From: Candidatus Dormiibacterota bacterium
GTDB taxonomy: Bacteria; Chloroflexota; Dormibacteria; Aeolococcales; Aeolococcaceae
Length of the DNA stretch: 64,000 nucleotides
Assembly (NCBI GenBank): GCA_036495095.1
Contig: DASXNK010000194.1
Coordinates: forward strand, 14,498 to 78,497
Reading direction: 5' to 3'
Part shown: positions 48,890 through 58,302 of the stretch, piece after piece
How the letters are laid out: every line of letters starts with the position of its first letter
Numbering within the stretch: position 1 is the first letter of the stretch
Translations under genes and position numbers: made by a program
The notes under the pieces: model-generated
The model's database searches: none
Told to the model about the DNA's origin: nothing
Seen by the model: the letters and a program-made list of their open reading frames with translations, nothing else

Positions 48890-49884
48890 GGCGCGCTCAG
48901 CAGCTCGCGAGCGAGCTGCAGCACCCGCTCCTGGGCGGCCGCCAGCGGCAGCTGCAGCTCCGCGCCGGCGGCGCGGCGGTGGCCGCCACCCCCGAAGGGG
49001 GTGCAGAGGTCGGTGGCGTCGGCGTCGCCGCGGGAGCGCACGCTGATCTTGGTCAGCTCGGGCTGGAGCTCCTTGAAGAGCACCGCCAGGGTCATCGTGC
49101 TCACCGACTGGAGGACGTCGATGACGCCGTCGGTCTCCTGCCAGGTGCCGCCGGCCTCCGCCAGCATGTCCCGGGTCACCTCGGTCCAGACCAGCCGGCC
49201 GTCGAGCTCGCTGTGCATGCGGGCGACCGCGAGCGCCTCGAGGCGCAGGGTGCTCACGGCGCGGGACTTGTAGCTCTTCAGCGCGATCCACGCCGGATCG
49301 GCGCCGAGCTGCACCAGGTCGGCGCCGAGACGCAGCGCCGCCTCGGTGGTGTTCTCGTGACGGAAGCCGCCGGTGTCGGTGAGCAGCGCCGCGTAGAGGT
49401 TGGTCGCCGCCTCCGGCGGGATCGGCAGGTCGAGCTCGCGCAGCAGCCGGAAGACCACCTGGCCGGTGGCGCTGGCGTCGGCCTGGACCAGGTTCACCGA
49501 GCCGTAGGCGGTGTTGCTCACGTGGTGGTCGATGTTCACCACCGGGTGGGCGCCGGATTCGAGCAGGCTGCGCTTCTCGCCGAAACGGCCGGTGGTGGCG
49601 CAGTCGAAGGTGAAGATGGCATCGATCTGCTGCGGCTCCTGCTCCAGGGTCTCGAACCCGGGCAGGTAGTCGAGGGTGAACGGCACCGGGTCGGGGACCA
49701 CGGTGTGGGGCTCCTTGCCGATCGCACGCAGCGCCGCGGCGAAGGCGAGGGCGGAGCCGAGGCTGTCGGCGTCGGCGTCCTTGTGGGCCATGCAGACGAT
49801 GTGGTGACTGCTGTCGATGATCCTGCGGACGTCGCCGGCGACGTCGGACAGCGAGGGCCATGTGACAGCGGTGGTGGCCGTCAT
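48886..49884 (-). CDS. nrnA: DHH-DHHA1 phosphoesterase (NrnA-like nanoRNase / pAp phosphatase)
   Basis: 'IVCMAHKDADADSLGSAL', 'NIDHHVSN', 'GGGH'. Own ATG 49884 with AGGAGA RBS 7 nt upstream. Lies in the same open frame as rbfA. Confidence 0.8.
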   Translation of the reverse strand: MTATTAVTWPSLSDVAGDVRRIIDSSHHIVCMAHKDADADSLGSALAFAAALRAIGKEPHTVVPDPVPFTLDYLPGFETLEQEPQQIDAIFTFDCATTGRFGEKRSLLESGAHPVVNIDHHVSNTAYGSVNLVQADASATGQVVFRLLRELDLPIPPEAATNLYAALLTDTGGFRHENTTEAALRLGADLVQLGADPAWIALKSYKSRAVSTLRLEALAVARMHSELDGRLVWTEVTRDMLAEAGGTWQETDGVIDVLQSVSTMTLAVLFKELQPELTKISVRSRGDADATDLCTPFGGGGHRRAAGAELQLPLAAAQERVLQLARELLSAP

Positions 49885-50286
49885 GCCGGTGTCTCCTGAG
49901 GGGTGCGGCGGCCGCGCGACGGCCGGCGGGGTGGGGGGGGCGGGCGGGCTGTGGGGGGTGTCGTCGAGCCCGCGCAGCATCGCGCTGACCCGCACCGCGT
50001 AGGCGATGGAGTCGTCGAGCACGAAGTGCAGCCGCGGGATGTTCTTGAGGTTCTCGAGCCGGTCGCCGAGGGTCGAGCGCAGGAAGCCCTCGGCGTGGCG
50101 CAACCCGGCCATCACCGCCTCGCGCTCGGCGTCGGTGCCGATCGCGCTGACCTTGACGGTGGCGCTGCGCAGGTCGCGCGAGGGGCGCACCTCGGTGACC
50201 GAGGCCATCCGGATGCGCGGATCCTTCATCTCCGTGAGCATGAGCATCGACAGCTCCTCACGGAGCTGCTTGGCGACGCGCAGCAT
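49885..50286 (-). CDS. rbfA: ribosome-binding factor A; as sequenced it has no in-frame stop and reads through a Pro-rich linker into nrnA
   Basis: 'MLRVAKQLREELSMLMLTEMKDPRIRMASVTEVRPSRDLRSATV' is canonical RbfA. A +1 frame would terminate at a TGA overlapping the nrnA ATG (ATGA). Confidence 0.7.
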
Positions 50287-50345
50287 CCGCTGCGGCCCAC
50301 CGCCGCCGCGGCCGGCCGGGGCGGTGGCGTCTCCCGGTCTCCAGG

Positions 50346-52121
50346 TCACAGGTTCTGCTGCTCGACCACGTACGCCTCGAGGATGTCCCTCTCCTGGAAG
50401 TCGGAGAAGTCCTCGAGCGTGATGCCGCACTCGTAGCCCTGGGCCACCTCGCGCACGTCGTCGCGGAAGCGCCGCAGCTGGGCCATGCGTCCCTTGGCCA
50501 CCTCCCTGCCGTCGCGCAGCACCCGGACGATGGCGTTGCGGGTGATCCTGCCCTCGGTGACGTAGGAGCCGGCGATCGAGGCGCGGCCGTCGACGGTGAA
50601 GACCTTGCGGACCTCGGCGCGGCCCTGGAGGACCTCGACGAAGGTTGGCTCGTAGAGACCCCGGATCGCCTTCACGATGTCGTCGGTCACCTGGTAGATG
50701 ACGTCGTAGTAGCGCACGTCGACGCCCTGCGACTCCGCCGCCGCGCGGGCGGCCACGTCGGGCTTGACGTTGAAGCCGATCACGATCGAGTCGCTCACCG
50801 CGGCGAGGTTCACGTCGGACTCGCCGACCTCACCGACGCTGTCGGCGACGATCTTGATGCGGACGGTCGGGTCCGAGATCTGGAGGATCTGCCCCTTCAG
50901 CGCCTCGAGCGAGCCGTTCGCCTCCGCCTTGATGATCAGGTTGAGGGTCTTGAGACCGCCCTCGTTGATCTGGCTGGCGAGGTCCGCGAGGGTGATCCGG
51001 CGCACCGGCTGGGCCCTCTGCTTGTCCGCCTGGAAGCCACGCTGCTCGGCGAGGTTCCTCGCCGCGCGCTCGGTGTCCATCACCTGGAAGATCTCGCCGG
51101 CGACGACCACATCGGAGAGGCCGGTGACCACCACGGGAAGGCTCGGTCCCGCCTCCTTGACCCGCTTGCCGGTGTCGTCGATGAGTGCGCGGACCTTGCC
51201 GAAGACCGAGCCGGCGACGATGTTGTCGCCGATCCGCAGGGTGCCGTTCTGCACCAGCGCGGTGGCGATCGGGCCGCGGCCGCGCTCGAGGTGGGCGTCG
51301 ATCACCGTGCCCACCGCCGGACCGTTCGGGTTGGCCTTGGGATCCTCGATCTCGGTGAGCAGCAGGATCATCTCGAGCAGGTCGTCGATGCCCTGGCCGG
51401 TGCGCGCGCTGGTGCGCACCACCGGGGTGGTGCCGCCGTACTCCTCGGGGATCAGGTCGCGCTCGGCGAGCTGCTGGAGCACCCGCTCCGGGTTGGCGTT
51501 GTCGCGGTCGATCTTGTTGAGGGCGATCAGGATCGGCACCCCGGCGGTGCGGACGTGCTGGATCGCCTCCTCGGTCTGGGGCATGACGCCGTCGTCGGCG
51601 GCGACCACGAGGACGGCGACGTCGGTGACGTCGGCCCCTCGGGCGCGCATCGCGGTGAAGGCGGCATGGCCCGGGGTGTCGATGAAGGTGATCTTCCGGC
51701 CGTTCTTCTCGATCTGATACGCGCCGATGCGCTGGGTGATCCCGCCCGCCTCACCTGCGGCCACCTTGGTCTGGCGGATGGCGTCGAGCAGCGACGTCTT
51801 GCCGTGGTCGACATGGCCCAGCACGGCGACGACCGGCGGGCGCGGGACCAGCGACGCGGGGTCCGCCTTCGAGAGGTCGAGGAGGGGATGGCGCACCCGG
51901 CGCCCCTCGGCCGGGGCTGCAGCCGGGGCCGCATCCTCGTTCTCCGCCTCGAACCCGAAGTGGTCGGCGGCCAGGGCCATGGTGTCGAAGTCCAGGGCCT
52001 GGTTGACGTTCGCCATCACCCCGTTGCCCATCAGGTACTTGATGAGCTGGGGGCCGGAGACCGAGAGACGGTCGGACAGCTCCTTCACCGTGAGCGTCGC
52101 GGGCAGGGTCAGCTTCTTCAC
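50346..52121 (-). CDS. infB: translation initiation factor IF-2 (short form)
   Basis: '[16 protein letters not shown]', 'DTPGH', 'NKID'. GTG start overlaps the ylxR stop. Confidence 0.95.
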   Translation of the reverse strand: MKKLTLPATLTVKELSDRLSVSGPQLIKYLMGNGVMANVNQALDFDTMALAADHFGFEAENEDAAPAAAPAEGRRVRHPLLDLSKADPASLVPRPPVVAVLGHVDHGKTSLLDAIRQTKVAAGEAGGITQRIGAYQIEKNGRKITFIDTPGHAAFTAMRARGADVTDVAVLVVAADDGVMPQTEEAIQHVRTAGVPILIALNKIDRDNANPERVLQQLAERDLIPEEYGGTTPVVRTSARTGQGIDDLLEMILLLTEIEDPKANPNGPAVGTVIDAHLERGRGPIATALVQNGTLRIGDNIVAGSVFGKVRALIDDTGKRVKEAGPSLPVVVTGLSDVVVAGEIFQVMDTERAARNLAEQRGFQADKQRAQPVRRITLADLASQINEGGLKTLNLIIKAEANGSLEALKGQILQISDPTVRIKIVADSVGEVGESDVNLAAVSDSIVIGFNVKPDVAARAAAESQGVDVRYYDVIYQVTDDIVKAIRGLYEPTFVEVLQGRAEVRKVFTVDGRASIAGSYVTEGRITRNAIVRVLRDGREVAKGRMAQLRRFRDDVREVAQGYECGITLEDFSDFQERDILEAYVVEQQNL

Positions 52122-52435
52122 CGTGGCGATGTCAGTACCTCCTGAGTGACCGTGTCCAGGCCGCCGGCGAGGCTGTCCCAGTCGATGCGGTCGGATGTTG
52201 TGCGCAGGGCGCGGACGAGCGCATGACGGCGCCTCGCCTGCGCCAGACAGGTTGTACCCCGATCACGGCACAGGTATGCACCGCGGCCGTTCCGCTTCCC
52301 GGTCGGATCGAGGGCGGCCGGACCCTCGGCGGGGAGGACGATGCGCAGCAGCTCGCGCTTGGGCCGCACCGTGCGGCAGCCGATGCAGGTGCGCTCGGGG
52401 CGGCTGGGGGCGGCGGCGAGGGGAGCGTCACTCAT
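52118..52435 (-). CDS. ylxR: YlxR/DUF448 family RNA-binding protein
   Basis: '[17 protein letters not shown]...[14 protein letters not shown]'. Confidence 0.85.
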   Translation of the reverse strand: MSDAPLAAAPSRPERTCIGCRTVRPKRELLRIVLPAEGPAALDPTGKRNGRGAYLCRDRGTTCLAQARRRHALVRALRTTSDRIDWDSLAGGLDTVTQEVLTSPR

Positions 52436-53406
52436 GACTGCTCCAGGTCGTCGCTGCGGATGTCGATGCGCCAGCCGGTGAGCCGGGCGGCGAGCCGGGC
52501 GTTCTCTCCCGAGCGGCCGATGGCCAGGGAGAGCTGCCCGGCGGCGACGGTGATGTGGGCGGTGCGGGTGGTCTCGTCGAGCTCGACGGCGACCACCTCG
52601 GCGGGGGCGAGCGCCCGGGCGCAGAAGACCGCCGGGTCGGCCGACCAGCCCACGATGTGGAGCTGCTCGCCGGCCAGCTCGGCGACCACGGCGCGGTGGC
52701 GGACGCCGCGCGGCCCGATGCAGGCGCCCTCGGCGTCGAGGGTGCCGCCGGCCGCGTAGACGGCGACCTTGGTGCGCCGCCCCGGCTCGCGGGCGATGGC
52801 GCGGATGGCGATCTGCCCCGAGGCCATCTCCGGCACCTCCTGCTCGAGCAGGCGGCGGACCAGGTTGGGGTGGGAGCGCGAGACCACCACGGCGGCGTCA
52901 CGGCCGCGGCGGCGGACGTCGACCACCACCACCTTCAGGTGGCGGTTGCGCTCCGGGATCTCGCCGGGGATCTGCTCCTCGATGGGCAGCAGCGCTGGGA
53001 AGCGGTCGTTGCGCAGCCACCAGGCGTCGCCGTCGGGGCGCTCGACGATGGTGTCGATCAGCTCGCCCCGCCGGGCCGACCCCTCGCGGAGCACACGGTC
53101 GCGCTCGGCCTCGCGCAGCCAGCCGCCGACGGCGCCGCGGACGGCGAGCGCCGCCTGGCGGGAGAAGTCGGGCCCGGGGTCGTCGACTCGCTCGCGGCCG
53201 CCGCTCCGGGTGGGCCGGAAGAGCTCGACGGCCCCGGAGCCGAGGTCGACGTGGGCGCGCACCTCCGCGTCGGTCGGGGCCACCCGGTGGTAGGCCTCGG
53301 TGACCGCGCGCTCCATCACCGCGAGCAGCTCGGCCTCGCCGACCTCGGCGGTGGAGCCCAGCTCGGCGAGGGCGGAACGCAGCTCGCTCACCACCGAATC
53401 GGCCAC
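52432..53406 (-). CDS. nusA: transcription termination/antitermination factor NusA (no C-terminal AR repeats)
   Basis: S1 and KH domains; 'GPRGVRHRAVVAELAGEQLHIV', 'IGRSGENARLAARLTGWRIDI'. Confidence 0.9.
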   Translation of the reverse strand: MADSVVSELRSALAELGSTAEVGEAELLAVMERAVTEAYHRVAPTDAEVRAHVDLGSGAVELFRPTRSGGRERVDDPGPDFSRQAALAVRGAVGGWLREAERDRVLREGSARRGELIDTIVERPDGDAWWLRNDRFPALLPIEEQIPGEIPERNRHLKVVVVDVRRRGRDAAVVVSRSHPNLVRRLLEQEVPEMASGQIAIRAIAREPGRRTKVAVYAAGGTLDAEGACIGPRGVRHRAVVAELAGEQLHIVGWSADPAVFCARALAPAEVVAVELDETTRTAHITVAAGQLSLAIGRSGENARLAARLTGWRIDIRSDDLEQS

Positions 53407-53407
53407 A

Positions 53408-53965
53408 TCAGATCTCCACCGCGAGGCGGCCGGCGAGGAGGTCGGCGAAGGCCACGTGCACCGTGCCGGGATTGCGCTTCACCCGCACCTCGACGTCCAT
53501 GCCGTCGTCGGAGACGGCGAGCAGGCGGCCCTCGACGACGGTGTCGGCGTCGCCGTTGCGGAAGCGCACGTTCACCCGCGAGCCCACCGCGCCGAGCCAG
53601 TGCTCGTGCTCGTGGAGCGGACGCTCGGCGCCCGGCGAGGAGACCTCGAGGGTGTATTTCGAGCTGATCGGGTCGTTCGCGTCGAGGACGGCGGCGACCG
53701 CGTGGGAGACGTGCGCGCAGTCGTCGAGGTTCACCCCGCCCGGCTTCTCGATCAGCAGGCGAAGCGTCGGGGGCGTGTGCTGACCGTCCCACTCGGCTCC
53801 GTACAGCTCGACGCCGCAGAGCGCCAGGGAGGGCAGGACCAGCTCGGTGATGCGCGCAAGCGCGTCGTTCGACACTTCAGGACGCTGTGGTGGAGCGGGT
53901 GGAGGCCCGTTCCGGGGGTTGGGTCGGGTGCTGCGGCACCCCGACACCGCCGGCGGCAGGAGCAC
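53408..53965 (-). CDS. rimP: ribosome maturation factor RimP
   Basis: 'LRLLIEKPGGVNLDDCAHVSHAVAAVLDANDPISSKYTLEVSSPG'. Start uncertain (track GTG 53965 or an internal GTG near 53875). Confidence 0.8.
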   Translation of the reverse strand: MLLPPAVSGCRSTRPNPRNGPPPAPPQRPEVSNDALARITELVLPSLALCGVELYGAEWDGQHTPPTLRLLIEKPGGVNLDDCAHVSHAVAAVLDANDPISSKYTLEVSSPGAERPLHEHEHWLGAVGSRVNVRFRNGDADTVVEGRLLAVSDDGMDVEVRVKRNPGTVHVAFADLLAGRLAVEI

Positions 53966-54065
53966 GGTGGTGGGCAGCCCCTGAGTATAACGCGAACACC
54001 TGCTCGCCGCAGGAGCCCCTTTCCCGAGCGGGCGCGGGGGAGGCGTCGCCCTCTCCCGCGCGGCG

Positions 54066-56567
54066 TCAGGAAGCCGCCCGCTTCGCCTGCACCCGGCGCA
54101 CGCCCGGGCCGGTGGTCTGCGACGGCCGCTCCCGGTCGATCGACTGCCAGGCGATCAGCAGGGTGCTGGCGTTGAAGATCGAGCTGAACGTCCCGGTCAC
54201 GATGCCGATGAGCAGTGCGAGCACGAACCCGCGGATCGTCGAGCCGCCGAAGAGCACCAGCGCGAAGAGCACGAAGGCGACGGTGAGCGCGGTGTTCAGC
54301 GAGCGGGTCATGGTCTGCACCGTGGACAGGTTCACGATCTGGTCGAAGGTGAGCCGGGGGCCGCTGCGCAGGTTCTCGCGGATGCGGTCGAAGACCACGA
54401 TGGTGTCGTGGATGGAGAACGAGACCGAGGTGAGGATGGCGGTGACGAAGAGGGTGTCGACCTCGGCGACGGTGCTGAAGTGCCCGAGGATCGCCCAGAT
54501 GCCGGCGAGCACGAACACGTCGTGGAGCAGCTTGAACAGGGTGGCGACGCTGAACCGCCAGCGCGAGATCGTCTGGGTGCGGAAGCGGACCGCGAGGTAG
54601 ACGGAGATCAGCACCGACGAGAGGACGACGAGCAGGATCGCCTTGCGCACCAGGTCGGTGGCGATGGTCGGGCCCACCGTCTGGGTCTGGACGATCGGGG
54701 CGCCCTTCGAGTCCTTGACGTAGCCGAAGTCCTTGCCCAGCTTGTCGACGATCAGCTGCTCCTGCTCGAGCGACGTCGGCAGGGTGCGGATCGAGAAGCG
54801 GTTGCCCGACTCCGACTGGATGCTGGGCTGCAGGGTGGAGGCCACGCTGGTCACCGACTTCTCCACCTGGGCCTGGGTGGCGGGGGTCGCCAGGGTGGCG
54901 TCGATGCGGTTGCCGCCGGCGAAGTCGAGGCCGAGGCGGAATCCCCAGAAGAGGATCGCCAGGATGCCGGGGACGATGATCACCAGCGAGCCGAGGAAGT
55001 ACCAGTTCCGGGTCTTGACGATGTCGAAGCGGCCCTTCGGCGGCGACGCCTCGTACTCCTCGTGGATCTCGGTGTACAGCTTGGGATTGCGCGCCCGGCG
55101 CCAGCTGAGCACGCCGACGAAGAGCGACTGGGTGATGAGGATGGCGCTGAACATCGACACCGCCACGCCGAGCCCGAGGGTGAGCGCGAATCCCTTCACC
55201 ACGTCGGTGCCGAAGATCCACAGCACCACGCAGGCGATCATCGTGGAGATGTTGCTGTCGCGGATCGCCGGCCAGGCGCGGCGGAAGCCCGCCTCGACGG
55301 CGAGAGGCGCGCTGCGCCCGTGGCGCAGCTCGTCACGTGTTCGTTCGAAGATGAGCACAATGGCGTCGACCGCCATGCCCACGCTGAGCACGAAGCCCGC
55401 CAGGCCGGCCAGGGTCACGGTGACCGGGATCAGCTTGTAGAGGGCGAGGACGATCGCCGCATAGCAGAGCAGGGCGACGCTGGCGAGCAGGCCGGGGAAG
55501 CGGTAGTACCCGACCATGAACAGCACCACGATCACCAGCCCCACGAGGCCGGCGATCAGGCTCTTGCGGACCGTGTCCTGGCCGAGGGTGGCGCTCACCT
55601 CGTTGGCCTGGACGGTGGCGATCTCGGCGGGGAGGGCGCCGGCGGTGATCGAGCTGGCCAGCCGGGTGGCTCCGTCGGCGGTGAAGTTGCCGGTGATCTC
55701 GGTGGTGTTGCTCGAGGGTGAGCGGACGCTGGGTGCGCTGATGATGGAGTCGTCCAGGAAGATCGCGATCCGGTTGGGCGGGGTGTCCTGGGTCGCCGCG
55801 AAGGCCTGGTTCGTGATCCGCGACCACTCGGCGGCGCCATGACCGTTGAAGGTGATGTCGACGGCGTACTGGTTCGACTGGGTGCTGAACCCCGCGTCGG
55901 CCTTGGAGACGTCGGTGGCGAGGATGTTGTCGTCGATCTTCCAGTGGTAGCCCGGCGGATACAGGCTGGTGTCCCCGAGCTGTTTGAGGTCGTAGTGCCG
56001 CTCCTGATCGCGGATGAACGCCGGATCGGCCGGGTTGGCCGGCCCCGGCACCGACGTGGCGAAATGGAGGCGCGCGGTGGTGCCGATGACCTCCTGCGCC
56101 TTGGCGAGGTCGACGCCGGGGATCTGGACCAGGATCTGGTCGCTGCCCTGCGCCTGCACGCTCGCCTCGGCGACACCGAGGCTGTTCACGCGCTGGCTGA
56201 GGACGGTGATGGTGGCGTTCTGCACGTCGCCGAGGTTGGCGCCCTTCGGCGGACCGTTCCGGCAGCTCGTCCCCGGCGGATCGTTGAACCCCTTGCAGAT
56301 GGCGATGGTCAGCTCGGTGCCACCGCTGAGGTCCAGACCCTTGTGGATGAAGACGGGGAGGCCGCCGATGTGGGGGTCGCTGCTGAGCGTGGCGCCCAGC
56401 GGCTTGCGCTCCACGAGGAAGCGGTAGGTGTACCCATAGGTGTCGATGAACAGGGCGGCGAGGATGATGAACAGGACCCCGCCCATCATCCAGCGGTTGA
56501 GGCGGATCACGGCCGGGGAGTGTAGCGGAGGCCGGCGGGTCGAGGACTGCCGGCCCCGCGCCGGCAT
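54066..56567 (-). CDS. secDF: fused protein translocase subunit SecDF
   Basis: SecD periplasmic domain, TM bundle, then SecF-like second half ('FDIVKTRNWYFLGSLVIIVPG...') in one frame. Start ATG 56567 or ATGATG 56489. Confidence 0.85.
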   Translation of the reverse strand: MPARGRQSSTRRPPLHSPAVIRLNRWMMGGVLFIILAALFIDTYGYTYRFLVERKPLGATLSSDPHIGGLPVFIHKGLDLSGGTELTIAICKGFNDPPGTSCRNGPPKGANLGDVQNATITVLSQRVNSLGVAEASVQAQGSDQILVQIPGVDLAKAQEVIGTTARLHFATSVPGPANPADPAFIRDQERHYDLKQLGDTSLYPPGYHWKIDDNILATDVSKADAGFSTQSNQYAVDITFNGHGAAEWSRITNQAFAATQDTPPNRIAIFLDDSIISAPSVRSPSSNTTEITGNFTADGATRLASSITAGALPAEIATVQANEVSATLGQDTVRKSLIAGLVGLVIVVLFMVGYYRFPGLLASVALLCYAAIVLALYKLIPVTVTLAGLAGFVLSVGMAVDAIVLIFERTRDELRHGRSAPLAVEAGFRRAWPAIRDSNISTMIACVVLWIFGTDVVKGFALTLGLGVAVSMFSAILITQSLFVGVLSWRRARNPKLYTEIHEEYEASPPKGRFDIVKTRNWYFLGSLVIIVPGILAILFWGFRLGLDFAGGNRIDATLATPATQAQVEKSVTSVASTLQPSIQSESGNRFSIRTLPTSLEQEQLIVDKLGKDFGYVKDSKGAPIVQTQTVGPTIATDLVRKAILLVVLSSVLISVYLAVRFRTQTISRWRFSVATLFKLLHDVFVLAGIWAILGHFSTVAEVDTLFVTAILTSVSFSIHDTIVVFDRIRENLRSGPRLTFDQIVNLSTVQTMTRSLNTALTVAFVLFALVLFGGSTIRGFVLALLIGIVTGTFSSIFNASTLLIAWQSIDRERPSQTTGPGVRRVQAKRAAS

Positions 56568-56574
56568 CGGCCGG

Positions 56575-56982
56575 TCAGTTGCAGATCGGGTCGTGGAAGC
56601 GATCCTTCCAGGTCCACGGGCCCTCGGTGCCTCCCTTGCCGCCGATGTACGACGCCCGATAGGTGCGGTTCCGGGCGTCGCGGTAGCTCCAGCCGTAGAT
56701 GTACAGCCAGTCCTCATAGGACCCCGACGGGTTGCTGCGGAAGTTCACACAGGCGGGGTCGCAGCACGCCTGGCCCAGGTCGATCACACCTCGGTCCTCG
56801 AAATGGGTGCATGGACCAGGGATGTTCTGCCACGGGCAGTCCGGGCATGGTGCCGGTGCCTGGGCGCCGGGCGGACAGTCGCTCCGGGCGGCGCGGGCCA
56901 TCTCGGACCCCACCGCGAGGCTGGCGGCGACCGCGAATGTGGCGCTGGCGAGCACCCGGGCCGCCGTCTGCAGAGCTCTCAC
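56575..56982 (-). CDS. secreted cysteine-rich hypothetical protein (8 Cys)
   Basis: Signal peptide 'MRALQTAARVLASATFAVAASLAVG'. 'CPPGAQAPAPCPDCPW...CTHF...CCDPAC...PICN'. No family assignment. Confidence 0.45.
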   Translation of the reverse strand: MRALQTAARVLASATFAVAASLAVGSEMARAARSDCPPGAQAPAPCPDCPWQNIPGPCTHFEDRGVIDLGQACCDPACVNFRSNPSGSYEDWLYIYGWSYRDARNRTYRASYIGGKGGTEGPWTWKDRFHDPICN

Positions 56983-57120
56983 GGGGACGTTCCTCCCAGC
57001 GGGATCCGGCGGATGCCGGTTCCCTTGGACATTCCTCGATGAGACGACCGACCGGACGGAAAACCTACGCGGAAACCGCGACTTGAATGACCCACACGCG
57101 CCAGACGAGGCGAGGCGTTC

Positions 57121-58302
57121 CTACTCCGGACCGGTGCCGCAGACCACCGCGGCGCTCCGCCTCGCCTCGGCCACCGCCGCTGCCTCGGAGTCGATCCCCC
57201 CGGCCAGCCCGGCCAGCACCACCCTCCGGTACTCGGCGAGGCGCCCCCCGGCGATCGCGGCCCGGGCACCCTCCATCAGCAGGCCGAGGTGGGTGAGGTT
57301 GTGGAGCGAGAGCAGCCGGTGGGCGAGGATCTCGCCCGCGGCGAAGAGGTGGCGGAGGTAGGCCCGGCTGAACCCCCCGGCGCAGGCCGGGCAGGGGCAG
57401 CCCTCCTCGAGCGGGCGGAGGTCGTCGCGGTGGGCGGAGCGGCGCAGCGGCAGCCGGCCGCCGCAGGTGAGCGCGGTGCCGTTCCGGGCCAGCCGGGTGG
57501 GGAGCACGCAGTCGAACATGTCGACGCCGGCGGCGACCATGGCGAGGAGCTCGGCGTCGGTCCCGAGCCCCATCACGTAGCGGGGCAGTTCCTCGGGGAG
57601 CCGCTCCAGCGCCGCCGCCGCCATCGCCTCCATCACCGGCGGGGGCTCGCCGAGGGCGAGGCCGCCGATGGCGACGCCGTCGAAGTCGAGACCGGCGATC
57701 AGCTCCGCCGAGCGCCGCCGCGCCGCCGGGTCGAACCCGCCCTGGACGATGCCGAAGAGGAGGTGACGGTCGCGGCCGGGATGGGCGCGGCGGCAGCGCT
57801 CCGCCCAGCGGTGGGTGCGGGCGGTGGCCTCGGCGGCGGCCGCCTCGGGGGCCCCGTAGGCGACCGGGTGGTCGAGGCACATGATCACGTCGGCGCCGAG
57901 CCGGGCCTGGAGCGCGACCGCGTCCTCGGGGGTCACCCGGAGCCGGCTGCCGTCGTAGGGGGAGACGAAGGTCGCGCCGTCGTCGTCCAGCGACGCCACC
58001 CCCTCGAGGCTGACCAGCTGGTAGCCGCCGCTGTCGGTGAGGATCGGTCCGTCCCAGCGCATCAGCTCCTGCAGCCCGCCGAGCCGCTCGACCAGCTCGA
58101 CGCCGGGGCGCAGGGCCAGGTGGTAGGCGTTGCAGAGCAGGATGTCGGCCCCGCAGGCGCGCACCTCGGCGGGATGGACCGCCTTGACCGCGGCGTGGGT
58201 GCCCACCGGCATGAAGGCGGGCAGCCGCACCTCGCCGTGGGCGGTGCGCAGCATGCCGGTGCGGGCGGCGCCGTCGCGGCCGGTGATGGTGAGCGCGCTC
58301 AT
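57121..58302 (-). CDS. tgt: queuine tRNA-ribosyltransferase
   Basis: 'LPAFMPVGTHAAVKAV', 'LTDSGGYQ', Zn site 'CPCPACAG...H'. ATG 58302 overlaps the queA stop. Confidence 0.9.
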   Translation of the reverse strand: MSALTITGRDGAARTGMLRTAHGEVRLPAFMPVGTHAAVKAVHPAEVRACGADILLCNAYHLALRPGVELVERLGGLQELMRWDGPILTDSGGYQLVSLEGVASLDDDGATFVSPYDGSRLRVTPEDAVALQARLGADVIMCLDHPVAYGAPEAAAAEATARTHRWAERCRRAHPGRDRHLLFGIVQGGFDPAARRRSAELIAGLDFDGVAIGGLALGEPPPVMEAMAAAALERLPEELPRYVMGLGTDAELLAMVAAGVDMFDCVLPTRLARNGTALTCGGRLPLRRSAHRDDLRPLEEGCPCPACAGGFSRAYLRHLFAAGEILAHRLLSLHNLTHLGLLMEGARAAIAGGRLAEYRRVVLAGLAGGIDSEAAAVAEARRSAAVVCGTGPE

